Assembly (NCBI GenBank): GCA_032718475.1
Contig: JAUCBJ010002047.1
Location: 1 to 64,000 of the forward strand
From: Nemertoderma westbladi
Taxonomy: Eukaryota > Animalia > Xenacoelomorpha
Direction: 5' to 3'
Length of the DNA: 64,000 nt
In this document: positions 34,484 to 46,634 of the stretch, one piece after another
How positions within the stretch are numbered: position 1 is the first letter of the stretch
How the letters are laid out: each line of letters opens with the position of its first letter
Notes under the pieces: generated by a model
What the model was told of the DNA's origin: nothing
What the model saw: only the letters and a program-made list of their open reading frames with translations
Databases searched by the model: none
Program-made: the position numbers and the translations under genes

Positions 34484-36749
34484 ATGTGCTAAATATCGTA
34501 CAGTACTACGTAAAACCTTTCTAAATCCAACGTATTTTCCCTTGATTTGTAGTAGTTGTGATATGCCTATTTCCTACCGTAGTTATAATTTCACTGGAGT
34601 TTCCATTGGCGCAGTGGTCGAGTAGGTTAAGGCGCGGGTTACATTCTAAGTAGGTCAGGTCAGGTATTCTAGGTCATTGATCAATAAAACTTGCCACCTC
34701 CATGCATCATAAAGGAGGTGCCACCTGTAGCTGCATAGACCCTCTTACTAGGGCAAATCTGGTCCTAATAAGGCAAATACTACTACTAGGATCGGCATGC
34801 TGCATTGCAGCTGCATTTTTAAGAATGCTGTGCCGGCTTGTCAACAAAATTGCACCGCCACAACTCCCTATCACCCATGACATTTGCTAGATCATCCGCA
34901 TCTTTAAGGCCAGTGTCCTTTAAGATACGTCTCAAGAAAGTCATGGGCTGTCCACCATGCTTATTCACTCCATGAGGCTGCCAAAGTACAAGATTATGCA
35001 CTGGCTGGTCCTCACGGCGAAAGCAATGTCCTGCAAAGCGGAGGCGATTTTGTTCTAGTGTCAAGCTTGGGGGAACCAATGAGACACCTCCAATGTTATA
35101 TAGTGTCTGGTTGGAGATGTGTGCATTGTACTTGACACAATGTACCCGGCGTAGCATTCTTGTGAATGTGCCATCCAGAGATTTGGTGTCCTCAGCAGTT
35201 AGAGCCCAGCATGGACTCCCGTAGAGGAGTACTGGAACTACTGCTGCTCTAAATAATCGGACCTTAAGTTTCCGATTAATTCTAGGTGACTTCCAAATCC
35301 TGGAAAGCCTATTCAAGGCTGCCCATGCCTTTCCCTTACGTATTCGAAGGTCCTCACCTGACTTCCGGATCCATGATCCCAGGTAACAGAAGTCGTCCAC
35401 ATGCTCAAGCATACCATCCTTTGAGCTTATGCTCATCCGATCAGAGACTTGCTGAGGACTTTCAAAGTTAACTGTAAGAATTTTGGTCTTTCTGGAGTTA
35501 ATAAAAAGACCAACACTAGAAGCAGCATGTTCTAATGAGCTGAGGAGCCGCTGGGCTCCCTCTAATGATTCTGAGAGTACTCCTAAGTCATCAGCAAAGT
35601 CTAGATCAGTTAGGTACTTGGCAGGATTTCCTCGACTTCTGGAGCCAGTAGGTGGAGTTCTCATCACCCCATCATCATTATGATGATCTAAGGACATGCG
35701 TAGAACATAGTCAACCACAATAATGAACAAGAATGGTGCAAGTGTGTCTCCTTGGAGGACGCCCCATAACACTTCAAATGGTTCTGTGTCACCGTCAACA
35801 GTAGACACAAATGTTGTCGAACCATCGTATACTGATCTGATTGCTGCAATAATTTCATCAGGAATCCCATATAATGAAAGTATGCTGAACATACGTGAGC
35901 GAGAGACTGAATCAAAGGCCTTGAAGAAGTCAACAAAGATAACAGCCAGATGCCTGTCTTTCTTTTTTGATAACTCTTCAATTATCCTTCTAAGTGCCAA
36001 AATGGGCTCCATGGTCCCACGACCTTTACGGAACCCATTCTGATTTCCACGTAGCAGTCTCTCAATGGGATCCCTGATGCGATTTAATAGAATTCTATTG
36101 TATAGTTTTGCAGCAATCGAGATCAATGAGATTCCCCGAAAAGAACCATAGAGTGTTAGGTTGCCCTTCTTGGGAACTGGCACCAACTTATTTGTTTTCA
36201 TTTCTTGTGGGACTCTTGTTGTACGGTACATGTCTACTATGATGGGATAGATGAGCTTTAAACACTCAGGTATTTTAAAGACCTCAGGGGGAACACCATC
36301 TACTCCACTGGAACGATTGGTCTTAATGCTCTTTGCAGCAGCCTTCACTTCTGCAAAGGAGATATCGCCAGTGGGAATATCTGGGAGTACAGACTCAGAC
36401 ACTTTTACTTCTATAAAGTTATCAGGCAATTTATTTATTTATTTATTTCGTACATATTAAATTGCATTACATCAACTAATAGTACAGCATACATAGTGGA
36501 AAAGCACAAGAATATGAATATGAGCCTAACTAACTACTGTAGTACAATATTGAATATATATATAATGCTAATTACGTAGTACAACTAAATATCAATATAA
36601 CGATCGCCTAGTTCAACTAGTAAATAGTTACAAAGTGTTTACAATAATTACAAATTAGATCAAATCGATATACATTTACAATCGTCGTATCACATATGAA
36701 AAATTGAAAAATCCTATTTAAATTATAATTTCGGGATTATTTCTAAAGG

Positions 36750-39700
36750 TTACGAAGCACATATATAATTTAAAATATCATTAAGTTCCTCTGTGGAGAA
36801 ACCTGGTACGAATAAATCGCCCTCCCCATGTTTACAATTGACCAATTCACGACAAAGGTTAATATATGGTAAATTAGAATCATTTACAAACCAAGAAATA
36901 TTATTGCACATTTTCGCTGTCACACAATGAATAGCTACATTACATTTATTGGCGATACGCTTAAGATTCGTACCACTAATCGACCTACAGTCGTATAATG
37001 TAAGATTTGCAAGAAAACGAATACTAGGTTTTGCGCAATTAGAAATTGATGTGGCAAAATTAACAAAGCGGCTGCATAACATCGTCATAGGATACGGAAA
37101 ATCTGAAAGCCCCTCAACAAAAAATCTGTGTGTATTGTAAGGTAATTTCCAGGTTAAACGAAAGTTAATATTCCAACTAGTAATCAGCTTATGACAACTA
37201 TCACTCCAAATATCCCATAGATTACTACCGTAGAAACTTGTAGCAAAAATGCGCTGAATTTTACAGATACTGTGTGGATGAGCAAAGCTAAATTCACGTC
37301 TAATACAATTCAATTTACCTATAAATTTACCTCTTTTACTTAAAATATCTTTATAGAATTTGCCCTCAAAATCAAAAATGTTTCCCAAATGTGTCGCTTC
37401 TTTAACCCATGGTAAAATAATGTTACGAATACGAACAGTAGCTACTGGGACATTCCAACTGAAATCAAAAGGGATGCACTTCGATTTTCTTTTAACCGCG
37501 TCACGGTTGGTACTAAACGACATATGAAATTCATCAGCAAACGTGACACATATATTTAACATCTGTTGCAACCCTTTAATTGACGGGCACACTAAGAAAA
37601 TATCGTCAGCGTATACGAACACACCTACAAATCTGGACGCAATGTGACAACCAAGGCCACTGGCTCTAAGTTTAATAATTAATTTGTTTATAATAACACA
37701 AAACAAAATCGGCGAAGCCACTGAACCTTGTCTGACACCATTGCCAATACTGAAAGTTCTAGAACATGTTGAACCCCACTTGACAAAACAACATTGACCA
37801 TTATACATAAATAATAATGTACGCAAAAACAACGGAGAAAACCCTTTATTGAAAAGTTCTAGGAATAACGACTTCCATTCAATCATATCAAATGCCTTAG
37901 TTAAATCTAATAAGCATCCAAAAACGGGGGTGGAAAATCTACGATAAAATGCAATTGTTTCCTTAGCAGCCCAAGTACACATGGAGGTACTCGAGTTACG
38001 CTGAAAGCCAAATTGCAATTCATCAAGATCGAATGCATCACCTTGTGACAATAACATTACCCATTCGAATACTTTAACTAATAGTGATGAAATCGCAATA
38101 GCACGGTAATTGGCTGAATTTGAAATACTCCCTAACTTATCTTTAATTAAAGGTACCAAAACAAATTTCAATAAAAATAATGGTACATAACCATGCAACA
38201 AAAATGAGTTAAATAAACACGAAAGATGTATAGCCAAATCAGAGTTAGCATTCTTTAAGCAGTCCGAATTAAAATCGGATTCTACATCAGATTTAGCAAC
38301 CTTTAGCTTATTCAGAGCTAATGATACTAAGTGTGGCGTAATAATATCGCGTTCATTCCTACTATAATTATGTAACACTTCATTAATTTTATATTCAATG
38401 GATGAAGTATCTGACTCATAACCCTGGTTAAATAAATTCGTATAAATCGAAGCGAAATGATTCGCAATATCAACATTATCAGTAACCCCATCTACATTAG
38501 AACTACAATTATTAGAATTAATACCACGCAATTTATTAATTATTGAAAATAAATTAGAACTGGGATCGTTAAGACACGCATGTAACAATTTATCTTTATT
38601 TATTGTATCCACCTGGCGTTGTAAACGCCGAACAGCATACTGGTACTGCGCTCTAGATGAACGCCGCATGTGGAATAAGTTGCCTACCGAAGCATTCGGA
38701 CGTCCGGCAGAGACCCAAACGCTACTATGCCAAAAAATGGCTTCTTCACGGAAAGGCCGAACGTGTTCGTTCCAGCCCGGTAATGTAAAATTTGCATTCG
38801 CATGGTCATTTGACCCACCGGCTTGCGGCAAAACTCCAGCGGCTTCATTTAAAGCATTAACAATATCATTAGCATACACATCAATATTAGATATATGTAA
38901 GGGGTTTACACATAAAACATTACTGCATGAATTACAATGCAAATTAAGACTACTTAACCGGTTACTCAATGTCTGCTTAAATAAATCCTGCTGATCACTG
39001 TTAGCACGAGAGAAATTCGGTTTCGCCCGAACATTTCTCGGAACCGTGTTATCAACAAGTAAATTAACATTAAACTTAAAATATACCGGGCTATGGTCTG
39101 AAAGGTTGGCACCGGAATGGACAACGCCGGCCTCAAAACTCGCATCTAAAACGGTATCTGAGACCAAAAAATGGTCCAATGTCGATATTGAGATAGTATT
39201 ATCAGTCTCATATAAATACGTGTAATCAACATCATACTTATCCCATGCCACATTTAAATTATAATCTCGAACTAAGTTACGCAGCAGATTTACATGTGCT
39301 GTTTGGCGTGCAAAGTCCGCATTGAAGTCTCCCGTTAAAATTACATTACTTGTATCTGAGACTCTAATAATGTCTGTAATATCATTGCACATAGTTAGAA
39401 ATTCATCGGAAACCGTATCAACATGCTTTGTATCAACAGGAAAATAACAGTTAAACAGAAGCTTATCCCTACAATTTGGGAATGAAAGTTTAATAGCTTG
39501 AAACCGCCTATTATTAGTTTCTAGATTAATTACGTATTTTGATATCGATTTCCGAATTAAAAAGCACAAACCTGCAATTGGCCTACCGGATTGACCAGTT
39601 GCATTGTTATCAGCATAGTAAGCGGGTAGAAAATGACAATTAAAATCCTGCTTAAACCACCGTTTTAAGTAATTTGCATTATCCTTAAGTACAAAGTGTT

Positions 39701-39836
39701 CTTGAATACAGAAAATATCAGCACTGGTAGCTAAAAACTTGGCGAATTCAGCTTTGTCGCTGGAGAAACCTCTGCTGTTATAAGATATAATATTAAACTT
39801 ACTACCATTTTGGGATTGACCAGAGTCCAAGGCCAT
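36750..39836 (-). CDS. LINE ORF2: APE endonuclease plus RT (intact, 1028 aa)
   Basis: SYNSRG, CIQEH, GDFNAD, LDHF, SDHSP; NYRAI, DLTKAFD, GVRQG, YADD. Confidence 0.95.
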   Translation of the reverse strand: MALDSGQSQNGSKFNIISYNSRGFSSDKAEFAKFLATSADIFCIQEHFVLKDNANYLKRWFKQDFNCHFLPAYYADNNATGQSGRPIAGLCFLIRKSISKYVINLETNNRRFQAIKLSFPNCRDKLLFNCYFPVDTKHVDTVSDEFLTMCNDITDIIRVSDTSNVILTGDFNADFARQTAHVNLLRNLVRDYNLNVAWDKYDVDYTYLYETDNTISISTLDHFLVSDTVLDASFEAGVVHSGANLSDHSPVYFKFNVNLLVDNTVPRNVRAKPNFSRANSDQQDLFKQTLSNRLSSLNLHCNSCSNVLCVNPLHISNIDVYANDIVNALNEAAGVLPQAGGSNDHANANFTLPGWNEHVRPFREEAIFWHSSVWVSAGRPNASVGNLFHMRRSSRAQYQYAVRRLQRQVDTINKDKLLHACLNDPSSNLFSIINKLRGINSNNCSSNVDGVTDNVDIANHFASIYTNLFNQGYESDTSSIEYKINEVLHNYSRNERDIITPHLVSLALNKLKVAKSDVESDFNSDCLKNANSDLAIHLSCLFNSFLLHGYVPLFLLKFVLVPLIKDKLGSISNSANYRAIAISSLLVKVFEWVMLLSQGDAFDLDELQFGFQRNSSTSMCTWAAKETIAFYRRFSTPVFGCLLDLTKAFDMIEWKSLFLELFNKGFSPLFLRTLLFMYNGQCCFVKWGSTCSRTFSIGNGVRQGSVASPILFCVIINKLIIKLRASGLGCHIASRFVGVFVYADDIFLVCPSIKGLQQMLNICVTFADEFHMSFSTNRDAVKRKSKCIPFDFSWNVPVATVRIRNIILPWVKEATHLGNIFDFEGKFYKDILSKRGKFIGKLNCIRREFSFAHPHSICKIQRIFATSFYGSNLWDIWSDSCHKLITSWNINFRLTWKLPYNTHRFFVEGLSDFPYPMTMLCSRFVNFATSISNCAKPSIRFLANLTLYDCRSISGTNLKRIANKCNVAIHCVTAKMCNNISWFVNDSNLPYINLCRELVNCKHGEGDLFVPGFSTEELNDILNYICAS

Positions 39837-39851
39837 TGTGCAAGTTTCGGT

Positions 39852-41257
39852 TTACCGAGCGGGTCCATAGGCATCTTCATTCCTCCTCTTTGAATAGTAG
39901 ATCCACTTACGAACACAGGCCCCTGGAGGCCAGACAGCCGGATCTAGAGCAGACTCAATGAGATTGCTGGGGATAGAAACCCTGAAGCTAGCATTCTTGG
40001 AGTCCGCATTCGATATCTTCGTAACGCATTTCAGCGGAGTGATAATGTTGCTGGCGGCTAAATCATCTACAATATCTTGTGGAGTAGTTGCTATATCCAT
40101 CCTGAATACAAAGACTTCGGCTGGGGCAGCTTTTGACTTGAACGATTTACTAGTAGATCCGTTACTCTGAGAGGTCCCGGATCTTCCTATCCCAACGATA
40201 AATTTAGGACGAGAACGACGCTGCTTGGGGAATTGAAACCCATCTTCGTCGACCTGTGGATACGACTGCGATACAGCACCTCCTGTCTCCGTAGCAGATG
40301 GTGAGTGTCTCGGACGTTTAGCACTGCCTGGCTCCCTCCCCCGATTGCTTCCATCAGTACCGGTAGCGGAAACTTCCCCTGGAAAAGGTGATCCACCGCG
40401 GATACCGCCCCGGTCTGGTAAAGATCTCCTTCAAGTCTCGGTGAAACACGGCTGGATGTAGTCCCTGTACCGGATACAACTTCGCGAAAAGAACGATGGG
40501 CCAATGGAGGGTTCATAGCCAAGGGCGAGCGCGAACCTAGCGGCAGTAGCGAAGGAGGAGGGATACCTGCATTATGATGCGATGTGCCGAGTACCGGTGC
40601 CGGGTTCGCCTGAGTCTGAATCTGAGACTCCATTTTCTTAAATCGATCAATAAGAGATTTCTGAAGGTCGTCCAATTTCCTATCGACCGTGGCGATTCTC
40701 TCTGTGATATCGATATCATTAGATAGAGAAGACTTACCGTTACCGGTAGGTAAACCGCTACGAGCCGCTACAGTAGGTAACTGTAGAACCTCCAACGCCT
40801 CTACAACGATAATTGGTAATTTACCTGAGACATCTAGTTCGTGGTATTTTTCTAGCAAGTCCCGCGTATTAGCAACTGCGGCGGATCTGTCCTTCGTATC
40901 CTTCCGATTAATGCATTCGGAATCGCAACCAATAAAACAAAATAACAAAAGTTTAGCTGAATATATCTCCTCAGCGAGGAAATTCTTCACCAAAACTTCT
41001 ACTGAGACTTCATCTGTCTGTGACGATGTACATTGAACTAGAGTAGCAAGACAATTGTTCATTATAACAGCAGTAGAAATACCGTTACCGACACTAGCGA
41101 TAGTTAACTGTCCACGGGCCGGTCCCATTTGCGAATGGGAGGGTGCAGTATCCATAGCCGCTTCATTCTCAATATCATTCCGAGGTGTGGAAAGCACACC
41201 CTGCAGTACGGGGTTAGCAGGAACGCCCCCACCAGGGTTAATGGTAGGCATACGCAA
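39852..41257 (-). pseudogene. LINE ORF1, split by one frameshift near 40400
   Basis: N-terminal EEIYSAKLLL...LP block; the alternative frame gives DEDGFQ...VFVFR...SFRVSI...WPPGACVRKW, typical of a LINE ORF1 C-terminus. Confidence 0.75.
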
Positions 41258-42468
41258 CAGTTCACAGTCTGACAGTGCAGTAATTTGCAGTTCTTGCAGT
41301 TTCAGTATTTCAGTAGTACTATTGCAGTACTGGAACAGGAGTTGTGTGTGATACTAACACAATGCACACATCTCCAACCAGACACTATATAACATATATA
41401 GCTATATATAACTATATACCCTGTCATTATTGAGGAGCTTTTCAAAGTGGGCTTTCCAACCATTGAGGCGATCGGCTGGTGATTCAGCCTTAACCTTGGT
41501 GGTTGGTTGGCTTTTCCGCCCAGTAAGCAGATTGATCGATTTCCATGCCTGGGATGATTGCCTGCTGTCGTCAGCATCATTGATGGCATCAACCTGTTGG
41601 TTTATTAGCTCCTGTAGATTAACAGAGTACTGCCTGTTCAGGGACCTAGATGCAGCTTTAACTGCATTCTTGGCCGCTGTAGTCTGTTTGAGTCGGGACT
41701 CTTTCTGCGCCTTATGAAGGTCATTTCGGCACTTCTGAATTTTGTTGTCAGTCCAGGGGGCCCTTTTCCTGTTTCGAGGGTATACAGGAACTGTTTCTGC
41801 AGCTGCTAACTTAACTGCTTCTGTAAAGGCAGTATAGCCCTCACAGTGATCTGCCGCCTCAGAGGCAAGAGCCTCATACCTGTTGCTCAGCTGTAGTGTG
41901 AAGCTGGATCTCACACTTGGCTGATGCAACAGAGAGGACCAGTCACGCCGTGGCAAGGCAGATTTCGTTGTTCTGCTAGCACGCAGACTAAGTCTTACCT
42001 TGGCCACAATAAGGCGGTGATCACTGGAGAAGGGTCGAAGTGTAAATGCATTACAGTCTTGTATAGAGCTCCTGTATTTCCTACGAAACAGAATATGGTC
42101 TATCTGGGACTTGTGACCACTGGGTCCACTATGAGTCCATAGCTTTCCAGTTCGCTTCTTGAACTGGGTTCCAGCCGAAAACAATCCATTTCCAGAGATA
42201 CATAAGGCAAATAAGGACGCCCTTGGTCCTGGATTAAGGACCTGATGAATCCGAATAAAGGTATTCTAGATTGCAACGATAATAATAATCAAATAGCTTT
42301 ATTCAACTAAAGTCAGAAAATGGACAACGGACAGAAGGCAGACAATCAGACCAGAAATATAAAAAGGCACAAAACAGAAGTCAGGAAGCAGTACAGTACT
42401 GTAGTGTGTGTCATAAACAAAGATACTGCAGTTTGTGGCGCCACAAGGCCCCTCCCCCCAGAGGAGGA

Positions 42469-45400
42469 CTACGACACGATGATAGCTGCCTGGAAACGAA
42501 CGGGCTGTCTGATAGAGTGGCCTGTCCTGGAAGTTAGTAGTGGCGCTGGAGATGGCAGGATTGGTGTAGGAGGCGGCGCTGGAGTCGGCACAGCTTGACG
42601 ACCTGCGACTTCTGCCCAAGTAGGTGGTGCCCGCGAGATGTAAGCCGGCTTCAGCCTATCGATGGAGACGTTATCCGGCTTGCCATTCACTTCTAGGGTG
42701 TAGTGCTTGTCGTGTTGTGCCAGGATCTTGAAGGGTCCATTGTATGGCCGCTCCAGCGGTTGTTTGGCCTTCTTGTCCACGCGGACATAGACGTAGCCAG
42801 TGGCCGCAAGGTGGGCTGGCACCTGCGGCGTGCGTTCGGTGTGATGTGCTGGTGGAGGTGGGAGAGCTTTGTGCATGTCTGCCTGTAGCTGGCGGGCGAA
42901 CGTCTCTGACGGCTGCAAGGTGCGGGCGTCGTGAGACTGGAAGAACTCGCCCGGGATGCGGAGGGACTCGCCATACACTAGATCGGCCAGTGAGCAGTCA
43001 GGGTCCTCTCGCCATGCCGAGCGGATGCCGAGCATGACGAGGGGCAACTCGTTCATCCAGTTCGGCCCCGTGGTAAGGGCCTTGATGGCTGCCTTTAGCT
43101 GCCTGTGCAGGCGCTCAACCATGCCGTTGGCCTGCGGGTGGTATGCTGTGGTCTAGGAGGCGGCGATGCCCAACAGCTTGCTCACCTCAGCCCAGAGGTC
43201 CGACGTGAACTGGGGCCCTCGATCCGAGGTGATGTCTATGGGGACTCCGAAGTTAGAGATCCAGTGCCGGATAAAGTTCTTCGAGATCATCGTTGTGATC
43301 GAGTCTGGCATCGGGATTGCCACCGGCCACCTGGTGAAGCGGTCGACGATGGTGAGCAGGTACTTCATACCTTCACTCTCGGGTAGGGGACCGACCAGAT
43401 CGATGTGGAGGCTGCTGAAGCGTCCACTCGGTGGAGCGCGGGTGACGAGGGGAGCTCGGACGTGTCGGTGGATCTTGGAAGCCTGACAGCCATGGCACTC
43501 CTGGCACCAACGGCGGACGTCACGCTTGATGCCGTGCCAGACGAACCTGGAGGCCACGGCCTTCTGCATGGGTCGGGCACCAGCGTGGGAAAGATTGTGG
43601 ATCGAGTCGAAAGCGCGCCGAGTCCACTCGCTGGGCAGGACTGGTTGTGGCGAGCCCGTGGAGACGTCACAGAGCACCGTCACTGCGCCGAATGGTATGT
43701 CACGGAGCACGAGGCCGCTGATTGCGGTCCGATAGGCGGCCATCTCGTCTACGCTGTCGGCTTGCGCAGTGGCCAGGATATTGTAGTCGATCGTGGAGAT
43801 CGCACTGGGGTTGGGATGCAGCGGGAGAGCAAACTCGTTAGCGCGGCCATCATGCACCGTGTCGATTCTGGAGAGGGCATCGGCCACCATATTGTGTTTG
43901 CCTTGTACATGCTGCAAATCCGTGGTGAACTCGGCGATGTACGAGAGGTGGCGGGTCTGGCGAGGCGAGCGATCAGCTGCACTTGACATCGTGAAGGTTA
44001 ACGGTTTGTGGTCCGTGTAGAGCGTGAACCTGCGTCCTTCAACGAAGTGGGCGAAGTGTTTGACAGCCAGGTAGGCGGCTAGGAGTTCCCTGTCAAAGGC
44101 GCTGTATTTCTTCTCAGCGACAGAAAGTTTCTTGGAGAAGAATGCGATCAGGACCCACCTACCTTGCTGGAGCTGCTCGAGCTGGCCGCCAACTGCCACT
44201 TCCGAAGCGTCGATCGTGATGCTTGTGGCAGCATCGGTCCGAGGATGGTGTAGGAGAGCCGCCGTGGCCAAAGCCGACCTGGCAGCCTCGAAAGCAGTCT
44301 GACACTCGGAGGTCCAGTCGATGTCTTGGCCCCGGCTGCTGGAAGCGGCGTGAAGAGGTGCTAGTCGGCCAGCGATCTTGGGCATGAAACGGTGGTAGTA
44401 GTTGATCATCCACAAGAATCGCTGCAGAGCGGCCCTGGTGGTGGGGACAGGGTAGGACTTGATGGCCGAGACCCTGTCGGACATAGGGCGGATGCCCTGT
44501 GGAGTGACCCGGTGGCCCAGGAAGTCAAGCTCCGGGACTCCGAAAATGCACTTCGCCTTGTTGACTACGAGGCCGTTGGCGGAGAGGAGGCCGAACACAT
44601 GGCGAAGGTGTTGCGAGTGCTGCTCCGGAGATGTGCTGGTGACGAGGATGTCGTCGAGATAAACGAAAATGAAGAGGATGCCACGAAGGCTGCCCTCCAT
44701 CAGCCTCTGGAACGCCTGGGCAGCATTCTTCAGACCGAATGGCATCCTGACGAACTCCCACAGACCAAACGGGGTGATGATGGCTGTCTTGGGGATGGAG
44801 CCAGCCTGGAGAGGGATCTGGTGGTAGCCGCGGATGAGGTCTATCTTAGAGAAGATTCTCGAGCCCGCTAGCTGGCCGTTGAAGTCGTGGATGTGGGGGA
44901 GTGGGTACCGGTCGTTGACAGTGATGTCATTGAGGCGCCTGTAGTCGCCGCAGGGCCGCCAGCCACCGTTGGGCTTGGGAACGATGTGCAGGGGTGATGC
45001 CCATGGCGAGTTGGAGCGACGGATGATGCCAAGCTCTTCCATCTTTGCAAACTCATCCTTGGCGACGGCTAGCTTCTCGGCGTCGAGACGTCGAGCGCGT
45101 GCGTGTAAAGGAGGTCCGCTAGTCTCGATGAAGTGTTCGACCCCGTGCTTGTTGACGGGGGAATCGAAGTGCGGGACCAGGAGCTCGGGGAACTCCTGAA
45201 GGATGCGCAAGATTGACGGATGCATGGATGCAGCCGTGGATAGGCCGGAGATGATTGGGTCCGAGGGTGACGCCCTGGCTGGGATGGAGTGCGCGGAGTC
45301 GAGGTCAATCAGGCGGCGCCCGCGCATGTCGATGGCGAGGTGATTGTTTATGAAGAAGTCCGCGCCCAAGATGGGTTGGGTCACCTCAGCAACATGGAAG

Positions 45401-45640
45401 TCCTGTTTGAACAGGCGCTTGCCACCGAGGGATAGGTTGATGGTTCGGGTGCCCCACGCTCTAATGGGCGTGCCGTTGGCTGCCGAGAGCGACGTGGAGG
45501 GGTGGTGAGACTTCTTATCGGAGGCCGAGGCGGGGAAAATGGAGACATCGGCACCTGTGTCCACGAGGTAGGAGCGGCCGGAGCGGCGGTCCCACACGGA
45601 GAGGGTATTCTTTGCTATTCCGCCGGCCGCCGAGACATCT
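42469..45640 (-). pseudogene. pol: Pol (PR-RT-RH-IN) with a single TAG at 43153-43155
   Basis: [62 protein letters not shown]. Confidence 0.93.
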
Positions 45641-46399
45641 AGCGGCCGGCTCGTCCGTTTCCCGAGGCCTGGGAGGGCCGAGGCAGGTCGGCAAAAAGAC
45701 AGCTCATCGTGAAGTTTCGAGCTAGAGGGCCATACTTGCCGTGGAAGACGCAGATGAATGGCTCAGAGGGGGTGCGTGGCTGGGAGGCCTGCTGGGGCGG
45801 TCGACGTCCTCCAGAGCCTCCGGATACTGCGAAGGCCGACGGGCTAGCCCGCAACTCCCTGGCCTCGACGACGCGGTCGGCAGCTTGGGCGAGTTCGTCA
45901 AGGCCGGGTAGGTCCTGCGCAGCCAACACTGTGCGGACCTCAATCGGGAGCTGGGCGAGAAAGAGTGCGCGACGGAGCGTTTCGGGGTCGTTGTTGAGTC
46001 CCCGGATCCGGCGTAGAAGGGCGGTAGGTTTCTTGTCTCCAAGTCCGGAGAGGGAGAGGAGCTCGGCGTCCTTCTGTGCCTGGGACTTGGCGAAGGCAGT
46101 GCACAGAGCCAGTTTGATCGCGTCATACCTGTTGGTGACCGGTGGGTTGAGCAGGGTGGCCCTCACCTCTGAATGTGGCGCGTTGTCCAGGGCCGTCACC
46201 ACGTAGTTAAACTTAGTCGCGCGATCGCGCGGGTGGCGAACTGAGCTTCGACGCGCGTAAACCAGACGTCCGGGTTATCGGTCCAGAAGTCGGGGAGTTT
46301 GATAGAGACGGCGTTGGCGGTCGGTAGAGCAGATGGCTGTACCGGTAGCTGAAGGTCCTTGAGAGCGTGAGCAAGGGCTTGTATGTCGGTTTGTTCCAT
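45639..46399 (-). pseudogene. gag: Gag with one frameshift near 46215
   Basis: IKLPDFW...WFTRVEAQF; LGDKKPTALL; CVFHGKYG. Confidence 0.85.
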
Positions 46400-46634
46400 C
46401 TTAAGTTCTTTGAGTCCGGGTCACCAATGAAGAATCCGAATAAAGGTATTCTAGATTGCAATGATAATAATAATCAAATAGCTTTATTCAACTAAAGTCA
46501 GAAAATGGACAACGGACAGAAGACAGACAATCAGACCAGAAATATAAAAAGGCACAAAACAGAAGTCAGGAAGCAGTACAGTACTGTAGTGTGTGTCATA
46601 AACAAAGATACTGCAGTTTGTGGCGCCACAGACC

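Larger units (their letters stand above)
36431..41350 (-). mobile_element. Two-ORF APE-type LINE (RTEX- or CR1/L2-group-like; clade uncertain), near full length
   Basis: ORF1 plus ORF2; (TAAA)n tail at 36430-36448. Confidence 0.88.
34780..42201 (-). mobile_element. RTE family A LINE, 5'-truncated, interrupted at ~36431-41415
   Basis: ORF pieces 41402-42184 (QIDHIL, SDHRL) and 34819-36429 (QGD, FADD); (TAG)n tail; 12-bp TSD ATAAGGCAAATA at 34768-34779 and 42202-42213. Confidence 0.93.
42243..46630 (-). mobile_element. Ty3/Gypsy LTR retrotransposon (CsRn1/Kabuki-like), young
   Basis: 203-bp LTRs 42243-42445 and 46428-46630 (3 mismatches seen); GACC TSD; PBS TGGTGACCCGG; PPT GGGGGGAGGGG. Confidence 0.97.

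Noticed and set aside
34596-34680. tRNA or SINE head (TGGCGCAGTGG A-box-like)
   Set aside because: No B box or cloverleaf downstream.
42299-46461. Many overlapping 60-190-aa ORFs in the GC-rich Gypsy elements
   Set aside because: Alternative-frame or antisense shadows of gag/pol with no domain signal.
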